Positions 38,487 to 49,781 of a stretch of 64,000 bases of DNA are shown here, in pieces. The stretch is taken from assembly GCA_050951325.1 (NCBI GenBank), contig JBMNIW010000008.1:128001-192000 (forward strand). The letters are read 5' to 3'. A program made the translations under genes and the position numbers. Position 1 is the first letter of the stretch. Each line of letters opens with the position of its first letter. Source of the DNA: Clostridia bacterium (lineage in GTDB: Bacteria > Bacillota > Clostridia > UBA1212 > DUPL01). Below the pieces are notes generated by a model that worked only from the letters and a program-made list of their open reading frames with translations, made no database searches and was not told where the DNA came from.

Positions 38487-39584
38487 ATGGCTTTAGATAT
38501 TGAATTTAAGAGTCTTGGAGAAAAATTTGAAAACCTGAAACAGATGGTAGAACAGCGTTTTTTTAATGAAAACGAAAACAAGGAATATGTTCTGGACCTT
38601 GTTGGCAAAACAAACGCCCCACAGCCAGAAGACAAGAATATGGCAGATTTACTGGGCTACTACTACTTTATTAACAATCAGACAGGAAAAGCTTTAAAAA
38701 TATACAACAAGCTGGTCGAGGAATACCCGGAGGATGAAGGCATCCTTGGTAATGCTGCAATAAGCAACGCAAGAAGGGGCTTCAAGAAAAAAGCAAAGCC
38801 TCTTTTTGAGAAAGCTTATGAGCTTGGGAACAGAAACTGTCATTTCATAATAAACTATGCAAGCTTTTGCCAGGAAGAAGGAAATAGCGATAAAAGCTAT
38901 ACAATCCTGCTTGACGCAATAGAGAAAACATCATCTCCTGACATGTTTGCATGCTTGCTTGTAAACTTGTTTGCAGTTCACATGAACAAGGAAGACATAT
39001 ACGCTCAAATCGAGCGGGTAACACAAATCAACCCTCTAATTGCAATAGAAAGCTCTAATGCATATAATTTTATCCTGTCATGTTTAATAATGGATTTGAT
39101 ATCCCAAAAAACAGTTTATGATGATTTGCAAAAGCTGGTTGCCTTGATTGAAAAACTCGATTTGAACAAAAAGGAAATAGAAAGCAATTTGACATTTGCC
39201 AAACTGGCACTTGAGGACCATGAAATTTCGAAAGATTCCACGCTGGATTCTCATATTAAAGTCATGACAAATGCAAATACAATTATGGAGTTATGCAATA
39301 AATATGGATTGAAAGTCCCAGAAGAAGAGGTCGCCGTTTTTTTCAAGACCTTGCAGTACGCCCAGAATTCCATCATGGCAAAAAAAGAAAACCTTGCAGA
39401 TCAGATTACATATCTAAGATTAAAATACCCGGCCACAGCAGCAGCTTTCAAGAAGTTCTTTGATGATTTGGAAACCAGTAATGGTTCAAAAAAGGTCAGA
39501 AAAATAAACATCAAGACCGGCAGGAACGAACCATGCCCATGTGGAAGCAAGAAAAAGTATAAAAAATGTTGCGGTAGAAGCTAA
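38487..39584 (+). CDS. TPR-repeat protein with C-terminal SEC-C motif
   Basis: TPR-like helices; GRNEPCPCGSKKKYKKCCG. Confidence 0.88.
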   Translation: MALDIEFKSLGEKFENLKQMVEQRFFNENENKEYVLDLVGKTNAPQPEDKNMADLLGYYYFINNQTGKALKIYNKLVEEYPEDEGILGNAAISNARRGFKKKAKPLFEKAYELGNRNCHFIINYASFCQEEGNSDKSYTILLDAIEKTSSPDMFACLLVNLFAVHMNKEDIYAQIERVTQINPLIAIESSNAYNFILSCLIMDLISQKTVYDDLQKLVALIEKLDLNKKEIESNLTFAKLALEDHEISKDSTLDSHIKVMTNANTIMELCNKYGLKVPEEEVAVFFKTLQYAQNSIMAKKENLADQITYLRLKYPATAAAFKKFFDDLETSNGSKKVRKINIKTGRNEPCPCGSKKKYKKCCGRS

Positions 39585-39608
39585 AAAGCAGGCAATGCCT
39601 GCTTTTTT
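39583..39608. terminator. Bidirectional terminator
   Basis: AAAAAGCAGGCA-A-TGCCTGCTTTTT between convergent genes. Confidence 0.8.
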
Positions 39609-41271
39609 AGCTTCTGTACACATAATTCAACCTTCCATAGGGAGCCGTGTCACCGTTCAAATAAAAGTCTTCAATTGACCAGTCACCAGCTGTGTCATCT
39701 GCCCATTTAAAGTGAATTTCAAAGGGAGACTTGTCAAGCCCAATAAGAATTCTTGGTACTTTCAGCATCATCTCCTTGCCTTCATATCTAAGAGGTGCCC
39801 TTCCCACAGGAACAAAACGCCATGCGCCAAGACTCTTGTGTATTAGCGAGTTGTTGCCGTCAACCAGCTCCAGATTCAAAGCGTACTGGTATCTCTCCCA
39901 CCCTATAAACTCATTTCCCGCTATATGCAGAAACAATCTCATCCATGGAGTAAAAGAATACCCCTTAATATTCTCATACGTACTCACGTAAAAGTAGATA
40001 TTGTCCTTGTCATGGCATATCTTCATTATGTCTATATCATTTCTGCCTGTTGTGTTTACATATCTTTCTCCATCAACACCAAAATGATCCCTGTGGCAGC
40101 TGCCAAACGGGAAATCATAAAAGGTTGGCTCCACATCCTCCCACTGGGAAAATGGTCCGTTAAAATCAATAGTTTTCTCCATTCCCGGCTTTATTTCATC
40201 CATACCCTTGAATCGGCGCACGTAGTCAATAAGCTGCATGTAGTAGTCATCAAAGTGTCCATCTCTCATAGGCTCAATATCTCTTGAGAACTCCTGGTTT
40301 GCCTGGTCAATAAAAGTTACAGGACGTTCTTTGGATCCCCTTATCCTTCCCATGGACCATTCATTCCATCCGGTAACAAATATTATCTTCGGGTCTTGTG
40401 CAATGGCATACTCCCACTGCTCGGCAATATTGAAGCCCCAGTTCAATGCACCCTTTGTCTTGTCGTTATACCCATCATGAAAAGCCCTGCCTCTGTTTCT
40501 TACCTCTCCATACATGGCAGAATCCCCAAACTTGATCTGCGGATGCTGGGCAACAGACACACTAATAACTTCAGGGTTGCCATTCTTGTCCCTGAATACA
40601 TACTGCGGCCTTTCAAAGCTCATCCAGGGAAACCCGCCCTGCTTGAAAGGCTCCGTAGGCCATTGGGGCAGCCTAAAGGTAAAAAACTCTCTTGCCTCTT
40701 CGGAACACTCTTCAGGATTGCCAATAATTAATGGTTTTCCTTCATAGTAGAACCAAGCATCCGGGCAAAACCTTGCCTTGTACACATCCTCATATATCTC
40801 GTTCACTGTCTCTCCGGATTTCGTATTTGTGTAATATACAACTTTGGGTACTTTGAATCCTCTTTGAATGTATTCGTCAATTATTCTAATAACCGTCATG
40901 CAGTTGTGCTTGAAGGTTAGTCTGTTTGTGGTGTCAAACACTATGAAATCAATATCCGCATACGAAAGCATCTCCACATGCTTCCGTATAACCCATTCAT
41001 CATCAGCAGCATAGTAGCCAAAGAGCGGCTCACCCCAGTGGTAGACACATCTGCCCGTCCCCCAGGCTGGATGGTCGTAATCCAGTGCTGCTTCCGGGGT
41101 CTCTTTCAGCAGTTTGTCCACATTCACAACCGTTCTTTTTTCATTTGAAGAACTTCTGTGTACAAAGTAGAAGATTCCAACGTACTTGTCTTTTCGTCTT
41201 GGTCCCACATCCTCAATCATCGGGAGTTTTCTTCCCAATCTGTCATATCCTGCAACAGGCCCATATTTCAT
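39607..41271 (-). CDS. Putative glycoside hydrolase, GH99/GH71-like TIM barrel, no signal peptide
   Basis: DRLGRKLP, KYVGIFYF, HWGEPLFGYY, DFIVFD, VTGWNEW, SRDIEP; paralogue of 56075-57949. Confidence 0.7.
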   Translation of the reverse strand: MKYGPVAGYDRLGRKLPMIEDVGPRRKDKYVGIFYFVHRSSSNEKRTVVNVDKLLKETPEAALDYDHPAWGTGRCVYHWGEPLFGYYAADDEWVIRKHVEMLSYADIDFIVFDTTNRLTFKHNCMTVIRIIDEYIQRGFKVPKVVYYTNTKSGETVNEIYEDVYKARFCPDAWFYYEGKPLIIGNPEECSEEAREFFTFRLPQWPTEPFKQGGFPWMSFERPQYVFRDKNGNPEVISVSVAQHPQIKFGDSAMYGEVRNRGRAFHDGYNDKTKGALNWGFNIAEQWEYAIAQDPKIIFVTGWNEWSMGRIRGSKERPVTFIDQANQEFSRDIEPMRDGHFDDYYMQLIDYVRRFKGMDEIKPGMEKTIDFNGPFSQWEDVEPTFYDFPFGSCHRDHFGVDGERYVNTTGRNDIDIMKICHDKDNIYFYVSTYENIKGYSFTPWMRLFLHIAGNEFIGWERYQYALNLELVDGNNSLIHKSLGAWRFVPVGRAPLRYEGKEMMLKVPRILIGLDKSPFEIHFKWADDTAGDWSIEDFYLNGDTAPYGRLNYVYRS

Positions 41272-41280
41272 AAAAACACC

Positions 41281-44134
41281 TCATTTCATTTTAACCACTG
41301 CTATCCACTTGTTGACAGCAAAGTCATCAATATCAATCTCAATACTGTCATCCAAAAACTCAAAACCTATTTCCCTATCCGCACTGAATACAAGTTCTCC
41401 ACATACATAAGCTTTGAAACCATTTGCATCTTCAGGAAAAGGAACTTTTATCCTCTGCTTCTTGCTTCGTCTTTACTACAAACAGCTTTTCCACATTATC
41501 CTCCAGATGCAGGTCTACCACACCAAAGGCAATATCCGCCTTTTCGCCACAAAACTTGTATTCCGCATTCCCAATTACGATGCCTGTTGTGGCGCTTCCT
41601 GCAAAACCGACCAGATTGCCGTTTTCGTCCAAACGATACGTAAGCAAATCAATACCATTGTAAGATATTTCGCTGCCAAGAATGCTGAATTTTTCAAGGT
41701 TCAATTCAACAGGAGGAAGAATTCGTCCTTCCAGGGCTTTTTCATCTTCTTTTTCATCTCTAAAGAATTTGCCATCCCACTCTTCGTAAAAGGTTCTGTA
41801 ATGGTTCGTCACAGACACACTGCCGTTTGGGAATCTGCTAATCAAATACCTGCTGTCCTTGTTCCTTGACATGACCTCAAGTTCACTTCCATCATAGCAG
41901 CCAAGCTTTTCAAGCACTGAAAAAAGTGTATCCACATCCCTGCCGGTAGAGGTACTCTGGTCGTCCCTGAGTCTTGCACCAAAATATACACACAATCCAC
42001 CTGATGGATATCTTTTGACAGTACCTACAATAAACTCGTCAAGTCTTGCTGCAACTTCGGTACCTTCTTTCGGAGTCACAGGATAGACAAAATCAGGCCT
42101 TAAGTCTGTCAAAATCTCCATGTCCAATACTCCGTTCAATGAATTTTCAAACCTTATCTTTCTGTCCTTGAAAGTTCGTTCAAGATATGCTTTTTCACAA
42201 GCACTGACACCAAAAAGTTCTTCAAAATCCCCACGAACAAGAGGAGAGCTTAAAGTATCAACAGGATGCATGGAAGTCCATACAACCTTGCCGCCACTAT
42301 CTACAAACTTCTTCATTAGTTCAAGAGTTTCTTTTTTTATGAAAGGCGAGAACAAGACAAGCAGCGTTGAATATTTTCTTCCGCTGATAAAAATATATCC
42401 GTCTTCCACCTTCTCAAAATGCTGGTGGATTTTCTCTTCTGTTATGTAGTTGCAGTAGCCAAACTGTACCATCCAGCTTCCAAAGCGTTCCTCCACATAA
42501 TTCAGATCAAGCGGATACAAGGCAAGAACATTTGTAAGTCTTGGAGAAAACGCCTGAACAAGGTTGTGTTCAAACCTTCCTGTAAGATTGCCGTATGCAG
42601 CACCCACATTCCTAAGGTGTCTGAGAACACTATGAGGGCTTCCCCAACTGCCGTTGTAGGCAATGGGAGTTTTGTTCAGCACTGCCAAACTGCATGCAAA
42701 TGCCTGACTGTAGTAGTTTCTGTCAATAAAACCGCCCTCTGGATGGTCCGTACCCCCTCCGGTTAAAAACTCATTCCATCTGAAATAGTCATAACATGCC
42801 GCAATATTCTCCCTTATGGATGAACTCCAGTAATAATGCGGAGTGTAATCGTATCTTGAGATATCTCCTTTCTGCAGCTCGGAGAATCTGGCTTCCTTAT
42901 AGAACCTGTCACAGGTAGGAGACTCCTGCCAGGTAGCATGGGCACTTGTCAATATTTCTCTGCCGAAAACCTTCTCCGCATACGCTTTTGCCTCATTGCA
43001 CAAATCCACCACCTGTCTTGAGAGCATCTCAAAGTATCTTTTTCTAAAAAGCCATGTTTCATAAATGCTCTTTTCATCCTTGCCAAACATATGCTGGCTT
43101 GGTTCATTATCGCCGTGCTGATGATACGAGAAAAATACCATCATTTTTTCAAAGTCACGGTATTTCTCACCATACCTTCTTGCATACTCATCAACCAGGC
43201 CTCTTGACACATATCTCGTATTTATTTCCGTCTCCCCAAAATGATTGAACAAATCCCAATCAAACTGTATGTGCATCTCGTCGGAATAAAAACCCATGTA
43301 TGTAATGCCCATCTCTTTGTGCCTGTCAATTATTCCTTTCATGTAGTCAAGAGCATCATGGGAAAAATAGTCAAGCTCGGGAGTCCTGTATTTCAAAACC
43401 ACCATGCACTTTTTGTACCTGTCCTTGTAAGGGCTTTTGCCAAACACAGTTATGTCTCCATGACCGTAGCCATTGAAGGATACCTCAATGGACGACTCAT
43501 CTACTTCATAACTTGCACTCTCAGATATGTCCATAATTTCATCAGGATTTACATAGTAAAGATTTGTGTTTTCAATTCTTTCTTCATTGAACACATAAAC
43601 CATCACCTTTACCAGTTCCAGTTTGGCAGGTCCCTTGTTGTTCATCCACTGGGTCTGAAAATCCATCCTGACCTCATAACCGCCGTCGCCATTTACCTCC
43701 CCTTCCATGTACTGGCAGGTAAAACCGGTATTCTCATGGGTTTTAACATAACCTCCCCCTACATCAAGAGGAGATACAATGCTTGCAGAAAAACCCATGC
43801 CGTGTTCCTTTGCCACATCATGGATTATCTTGTAGGCCTTGAGTGTCTTTTCGCTGTCAGGGTAATTCTCCCTCGTGCTTCCACCAAAGAAGAAGTCATA
43901 GGAAACAGACAGCATTTCCGCCCGGTTTCTTTGCCCACCCATGCATATGTCAAGAAGGGACGTATTCTCCGGGTACAAGGATCTTCTCTCCAGGGAAAAA
44001 CCTCTGTCCTCCTTGTCAATCAACGGTTTTGCCGGATCCTCGATAATATTGTCCAGAGTTTTTTCATCGGTGATTATGAGGCTTGCACCTCTTACAAACA
44101 TGTTGAAAACCCCTGTCTTCTTCACCAGTTTCAT
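41281..44134 (-). CDS. Large putative glycoside hydrolase (GH106/GH42-like architecture), frameshift near 41467
   Basis: 900-aa ORF with FYSDEMH and a GATase/trimerisation-like region; coding continues in the next frame (SKKQRIKVPFPED...KWIAVVKMK*) to 41281, just before the next gene's RBS. Confidence 0.6.
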
Positions 44135-44209
44135 AAAAAACCTCCTTTACGCATAAATCTAAAGCCATTATATATCTCCCAAAAAGAAAAGTGCAACATT
44201 GAATTGCAC

Positions 44210-45208
44210 TTATCTGTTCGTTATCTTTCCAATATTCTTTAGATTTATTGAAATGGTTCCGTCCTCATTGTTTACAAACTCCACATACTCAGGGTTGTTG
44301 AAGCAAGTGTTGGGAATGGTTATTTCAATACCCGTATCCGTCTTTATCTTGTGCACATGCACGCTTCTTTTTACATAATCCCTGTCCACTTTGACAACTT
44401 CAGGAAAGCCGTATTCTTTCGCTTTTGACTCAAATTCCTCCATCATTGTTTCGTTTCCGGAAAACACATTCCGCCCCAAATCTATAGGATCAAGAGTTTC
44501 GCTTTCCTCAAGATTTTCTGCAATATATGCTTTGGCTTTAGTAAGGGTTTTAGTAGCGTCTCCACCAAACTCATCCGTAACTTCCGCCACTATTTTGTTG
44601 ACCATTTTCACAGCTTCTTTCGTGGACAAAGAAGATGCACACATAAGTATCCTTTCAGACAGCACGAAAGTATCCTTTCCATCTATGTTTCTTTTCTTTT
44701 CCGCAAAACATATGGAAAAGTCATCAAGACATACAATTGCATACTCACTCAGCTTCTGTGTTGCACCAGGAAGAATTGAATAGTGTTTTACAATCTCTCC
44801 CCTTACCCCGTATTCATCACTAATTACATTATGGGTAAAAGCTGTCTTGTTTTCAAAAAACAGCATGCAGAGATACTTTCTGTCATCAAGAAGCACGTCC
44901 GCCACCAGGACGTCCGTGGAAACAGGGAGACTGGAGTTTGAAATATTGTCATGCATTTGGTTTGCAACAACTTGCGACAGTGTAATAAAGTCAAGCTCCC
45001 CATTTACATACTCAACAATCATTCTCCACATTTCGCTTTCTTCAAGAAAGCGTCCTTCTTTTCTTCCCGCATCCTGCAGTGACCTTTGAACATGTTTTTC
45101 CAGAAACTTAAACACATGTTCATTCGAAACATCCATTTCCTTCTCTGAAAAAACAAACACTCCCGAAACAAAGTCAAGAACATGCAATATCGCTTTATTC
45201 ATAACCAT
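44210..45208 (-). CDS. Nucleoid-associated protein (NA37/YejK family)
   Basis: KAILHVLD start; KIKTDTGIEITIP...VEFVNNEDGTISI..KNI end. Confidence 0.85.
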   Translation of the reverse strand: MVMNKAILHVLDFVSGVFVFSEKEMDVSNEHVFKFLEKHVQRSLQDAGRKEGRFLEESEMWRMIVEYVNGELDFITLSQVVANQMHDNISNSSLPVSTDVLVADVLLDDRKYLCMLFFENKTAFTHNVISDEYGVRGEIVKHYSILPGATQKLSEYAIVCLDDFSICFAEKKRNIDGKDTFVLSERILMCASSLSTKEAVKMVNKIVAEVTDEFGGDATKTLTKAKAYIAENLEESETLDPIDLGRNVFSGNETMMEEFESKAKEYGFPEVVKVDRDYVKRSVHVHKIKTDTGIEITIPNTCFNNPEYVEFVNNEDGTISINLKNIGKITNR

Positions 45209-45210
45209 AC

Positions 45211-45789
45211 CTATTCCTCATCCCTTTTTATAGTTTTCAAGTAAATGCCCTTTTCATCGACACAATCCAGGCTGTTTAAATTACACACTTCCATTATGCT
45301 TCTCCACCTTGCTTCCATATCCTCATGGTACAGCATGGGCTTGAAACCTGCTTTTAAATAACTTCTTATGGCAGGCACCCTAAAGTCATCCGTTTTTAGA
45401 TAAGCGTTTTCCATGCCGTTATCGAAAAATACTTTCAGAGCAAGATTCGTGAGTGCAGAACCAAGACCTCTCCCCCTGAACTCCTTCTTTACAGCCACCA
45501 TATGTACATACCCTTGCTTTTTCTCCGGGTACATAATGGCGGTAACTGTACCGACCTCTTCACCATCAAAGCATATGAAATAGATATGCTCTTTTTGCAC
45601 CCCTTCACGGTTTAGCATATCCCTTTCAAAGTCTTCCACAGTAATAATTGTGTTCTGCAGGTCAACACTGGTAATCTCAACCCATTTGAAAACATCCTTC
45701 TCACCTTCATAGCTTCTTATGTAAAAGCCTTCAGGCAGTTTTACAACAGGCTCCTTCCCTGTATTGTCCCACCACATTTTCAGCTGCAT
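45211..45789 (-). CDS. GNAT family N-acetyltransferase
   Basis: VHMVAVKKEFRGRGLG, LKTDDFRVPAIRSYLKAGF. Confidence 0.9.
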   Translation of the reverse strand: MQLKMWWDNTGKEPVVKLPEGFYIRSYEGEKDVFKWVEITSVDLQNTIITVEDFERDMLNREGVQKEHIYFICFDGEEVGTVTAIMYPEKKQGYVHMVAVKKEFRGRGLGSALTNLALKVFFDNGMENAYLKTDDFRVPAIRSYLKAGFKPMLYHEDMEARWRSIMEVCNLNSLDCVDEKGIYLKTIKRDEE

Positions 45790-45953
45790 ACCAATCCTCT
45801 CTCTTCAAATCAAAATTATTCAAAAGAGATTATACATCACCCAACCAAGTTCTGCAAAAGGCAAGTTCCCTAAGGTTTTTCATGGATATGTCGATAATAT
45901 ACATGGTTTATTGACTTTTTAGGCAATAACTAAATTTTGAGAGGAGTATTTAC

Positions 45954-47877
45954 TTGATGAAGAGCATAAAAACCAAACTGGTTCTGTTACTATCTTTATT
46001 TATCCTAACCTCATCCATAAGTATTGGAATAACGAGCATTAGGGCATCAACCAGAACCGCAGTAAAAGAAGCAGAGAAAACCCTTTCATCCATTGCAAGA
46101 GAGTCTGCAAAACTGACAAAAAGCAGAATAGACTCACAGAAAATGATAGTGGAAATGCTGGCAATAAATGAGGATATAAAAAGTATGGACTGGGAGAAAC
46201 AAAGGTCAGTCCTGCAGAAATATGCAAAAGAAACCAGTGTGCTGGACCTTGCCATTGTCCACCTGGATGGAACTGCATACTACCCTGACGGAAGCACCAG
46301 TCAGCTTGGAGACAGGGAATACGTGCAAAAGGCTTTCCAGGGCAAGGCCAATGTCTCCGACCTTCTGGTAAGCAGAGTCACAAACAATGTGGTTCTCATG
46401 TTTGCAGCGCCAATTATCAATGATGGCAAGGTTGATGCTGCCATAATTGCACGCATGGACGGTAACACTTTGAGTGATTTGGCCAGTGATACCGGCTTTG
46501 GAAAAGACGGCTATGGTTATTTGGTTAATGACAAAGGTACAGTTGTAGGTCATCCGGACAGGGACCTGGTATTGAGCCAATTCAACCCTCTGGAAGAAAG
46601 CAAAGTAGACGAAAGCTACAAACCCCTTGCCTCGGTTGTCAAATATATAATCGAAAAGAAAAGCGGAGTAACCAGCTATTCCCATGATGGAATGGCTCTT
46701 TACGCAAGCTTTGCACCTGTGGAAGACAGCAACTGGTTTTTTGTAATTACAGCAAGTGAGGATGAGGTTTTGTCCAGTCTTCACTCACTCCAGCTGTACA
46801 TATCAATTATGGTGACAGTCATTCTGCTTACTGCCATGACTTTGGCGTTTTTCCTTGGCAGAGCGATTGCCAAGCCAATTATTGAAACAGTTAAATACTC
46901 GGAGAACATTGCAAACCTTAACCTCAGCACGGATGTACCCACAAAGCTCCAGGAGAAGAAGGATGAAATAGGGGTACTTGCAAGAGCAATACAGACCGTG
47001 ATTGATAATCTCAACAAGATTATGCAGGAGATTAACGTATCTTCTGAAAATGTTGCCAATGGCGCAAGACTGGTTTCCGAATCCAGTCTGGAACTATCAC
47101 AAGCAACCACCGAGCAGGCAAGTTCCGTGGAGGAGCTTTCAGCTTCATTGAAGGAGATCTCCGTGCACACAAAACACAACGCCAACAAGGCAAACGAGGC
47201 AAATGCCCTTGCTTCAAACACCAGAAACAATGCATTAAACTGCAACGAGAAAATGACCAGGATGCTGGAAGCCATGGAAGAGATAAATGTGTCCTCCAAT
47301 AACATTTCAAGTATTATAAAAGTAATAGATGATATTGCGTTCCAGACAAATATCCTTGCTCTCAATGCCGCAGTGGAGGCAGCAAGAGCCCAGGAACACG
47401 GCAGAGGTTTTTCCGTAGTTGCAGAAGAAGTCAGAAATCTTGCACAAAGGTCTGCACAGGCTGCCAAGGAAACTTCCAACCTTATCAAAAACTCCATAAG
47501 AAAAGCTGAGAATGGAGCGAAAATTGCCGAAGAAACGGCAGTTGAACTGAACAAAATTGTGGAAGACATAACCACGAGTGGCTGAACTTGTCAAAAGCAT
47601 AGCCGATGCATCAAACGAGCAGTCAATGGGTATTGCGCAAATCAGCGAGGGAATCTTCCAGGTGTCTCAGGTTATTCAGTCAAATACAGCCACCTCTGAA
47701 GAAGGAGCTGCAGCAAGCGAGCACCTGTCCAATCAGGCGGATTTCCTGCGCAACACTGTTGCAAGATTCAAGTTAAAGGAAATGAAAATGGATAACGACG
47801 CAATGCCAAAGGAAGAAATTGCAGCAAAGCCTGTTAACAACAAAACATACAGAAATACTGATTTCGGAAAATACTAA
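45954..47877 (+). CDS. Methyl-accepting chemotaxis protein (dCache, HAMP, MA), frameshift near 47574
   Basis: Two TMs, Cache motifs (DREYVQKA, YGYLVN..G.VVGHP), IAFQTNILALNAAVEAARA; the 47578-47877 ORF is the MCP C-terminus ending in DFGKY. Confidence 0.93.
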
Positions 47878-49475
47878 TCTTTTATGACATCAGCCTGCCT
47901 GGCAAGCATTACAAGGCAGGCTGATGTTGTAAGTACAAGATTGAAATGAAAGAACCTGTAATCTTTACCGCAAAGAAGCAGCATTGTTCCTAGATTGTAA
48001 GCAAGATTGGGAATCACAAACATTAAGGTTTTTGCCCCGTTTCTTTGTATGGAAAACAGACCAACCATCATTAAAACAAGCATCTGAACTCCAAAAAGAG
48101 CAAAAATTGTTTCCATGACAGGAATATTTATTGCCATATCCACTATCCTTACAAAAAACATGCAAAACCTGTTTATGAATGTATTTTTGTATGTATAACC
48201 TATCTCTTCTCCATTGGTTACAACATTTATTCTCGCACCCTCCCCGCTTACCTTCCACACAAAACCCGTAAGTTCCCTGACAGCAAGAAAAGAGTTTTTG
48301 GGATCCCTTTTGATTGTATCAAGGGTCATCACGAAAAACTCCCTGGCGGATATATTGTTAACCACTTCCTGATGCATGCTCTCAAACTTGATAGAGTTGT
48401 AATTTCCACATTCATAAACTTCTTCCCACTTTTCAGCAGGTGCAATATCCAAAAGAAAGTTTCTTGTTTTCTCAGGCAGCACTTCCATGTTCTTCTTCAT
48501 CACATCCCCCATTATGGTCATGGGTATGCCAACCGATTCTGAGAATACATTGTCTGGTTTTGTTACATTTAACATGTTGTAAAAAGGACCAACAACAAGA
48601 AAATATATGGCAAGTACCGCAGCGGGAAGAAAAATTGCCTTCTTTGACTTTTTGAAATAGAAAAGGACAATAAACAAAACAAGAGGCAGCGTATAGAAAA
48701 AGGCATTATGTCTTACCAATGTTGCAAATGCAGTCAAAACAGACAGCAAAACAACATTTCTCATCCTGGAAAGCCACAGCCCGTCGGTAAAATAGATGTT
48801 TGTTACAAAAGAAAATAAAAACATAAGGAAAATGGTCAAGGCTGCATCCTTCCAGCCATACATAAGAAGATTTCTAACCAAAGGATTCAAAACAACAAAC
48901 AATTCAACAGTCATCAGAACTTTCTTTGAAAAACCCCAGGACTCCAGAGTCGAAAGCAAATATCCCATGGCTATACTGAAAAACACAATTTGAACAAATA
49001 TGACAAAGGGGTAAGAATTAACAATTCTTGTTGTCAGGTACATCAAGAATGTATGGAAAACTGGATGCCAGTTGTCAAACTCGAAGGACTGTATCTGCTT
49101 CCACTGGGACACATTGTCTGGCGAGATTCCTCCTGGAAAGTATGCCAGAAATGTAACAAACAGGATGACAAAACAGATCAATGAGCAAAAAAAGAAAGTT
49201 CTTTTATTCAATTTTGATTTTTCTGCATTTACCTTGATATATTTGTTTTTTAGTTTGTGACAAAAGAACACAAGCAGATTGAAGAAGACGAATGCGTAAA
49301 TAAAAAAAAGCAATAAAGAGGCTACATGGATTTCACTGTATGCAAGAAAGGTAACCGCGGATATGTAAAATGAAAGACAGATGCAAAGAAGTGTAAACAG
49401 AATCCTTCTTGGCTTTGACATATCCTTGTAAAAACCTTTCACAAACTCCATGTATCCCTTTATTGAATATTTCAT
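47874..49475 (-). CDS. DUF6020-like polytopic membrane protein (GT-C-like)
   Basis: FPGGISPD...QW, NWHPVFHT, WKD, RHN, DYRF; many TM segments. Confidence 0.7.
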   Translation of the reverse strand: MKYSIKGYMEFVKGFYKDMSKPRRILFTLLCICLSFYISAVTFLAYSEIHVASLLLFFIYAFVFFNLLVFFCHKLKNKYIKVNAEKSKLNKRTFFFCSLICFVILFVTFLAYFPGGISPDNVSQWKQIQSFEFDNWHPVFHTFLMYLTTRIVNSYPFVIFVQIVFFSIAMGYLLSTLESWGFSKKVLMTVELFVVLNPLVRNLLMYGWKDAALTIFLMFLFSFVTNIYFTDGLWLSRMRNVVLLSVLTAFATLVRHNAFFYTLPLVLFIVLFYFKKSKKAIFLPAAVLAIYFLVVGPFYNMLNVTKPDNVFSESVGIPMTIMGDVMKKNMEVLPEKTRNFLLDIAPAEKWEEVYECGNYNSIKFESMHQEVVNNISAREFFVMTLDTIKRDPKNSFLAVRELTGFVWKVSGEGARINVVTNGEEIGYTYKNTFINRFCMFFVRIVDMAINIPVMETIFALFGVQMLVLMMVGLFSIQRNGAKTLMFVIPNLAYNLGTMLLLCGKDYRFFHFNLVLTTSACLVMLARQADVIKD

Positions 49476-49500
49476 TTAAATCTATTCTCCCTTCAGTTTC

Positions 49501-49764
49501 TCATATCTTACGATTCCTGAAGTACAATGCGATATCCGTCAACACCATAATGATATTGGGAAAATAAAACCAAAACGCCAGATTGTATGTATGCGACATC
49601 AGCTTTGATATTATACCACACAAATACCCCAATGCAATAAAACACATGAATAAAAGGCTTTTGCCTTTTGTTGATTTTGAGCGTACTGATCTGATAATCG
49701 ACATAGGCCAGGATACACCGAAGCAGACGATCATCAGTGTTTCAAGAATATCGTGCAATTCCAT
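49501..49764 (-). CDS. Small PQ-loop-like membrane protein
   Basis: ETLMIVCFGVSWP.SI.RS.RSKSTKGKS, three TM segments. Confidence 0.75.
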   Translation of the reverse strand: MELHDILETLMIVCFGVSWPMSIIRSVRSKSTKGKSLLFMCFIALGYLCGIISKLMSHTYNLAFWFYFPNIIMVLTDIALYFRNRKI

Positions 49765-49781
49765 TTAATCTCCAATCCTTT

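Noticed and set aside
43241-44242. 333-aa plus-strand ORF
   Set aside because: Antisense shadow of the large GH-like gene with no recognisable motifs.
46781-47575. 264-aa minus-strand ORF
   Set aside because: Antisense shadow of the MCP signalling domain.
47578-47877. Separate 99-aa gene
   Set aside because: C-terminal part of the frameshifted MCP.
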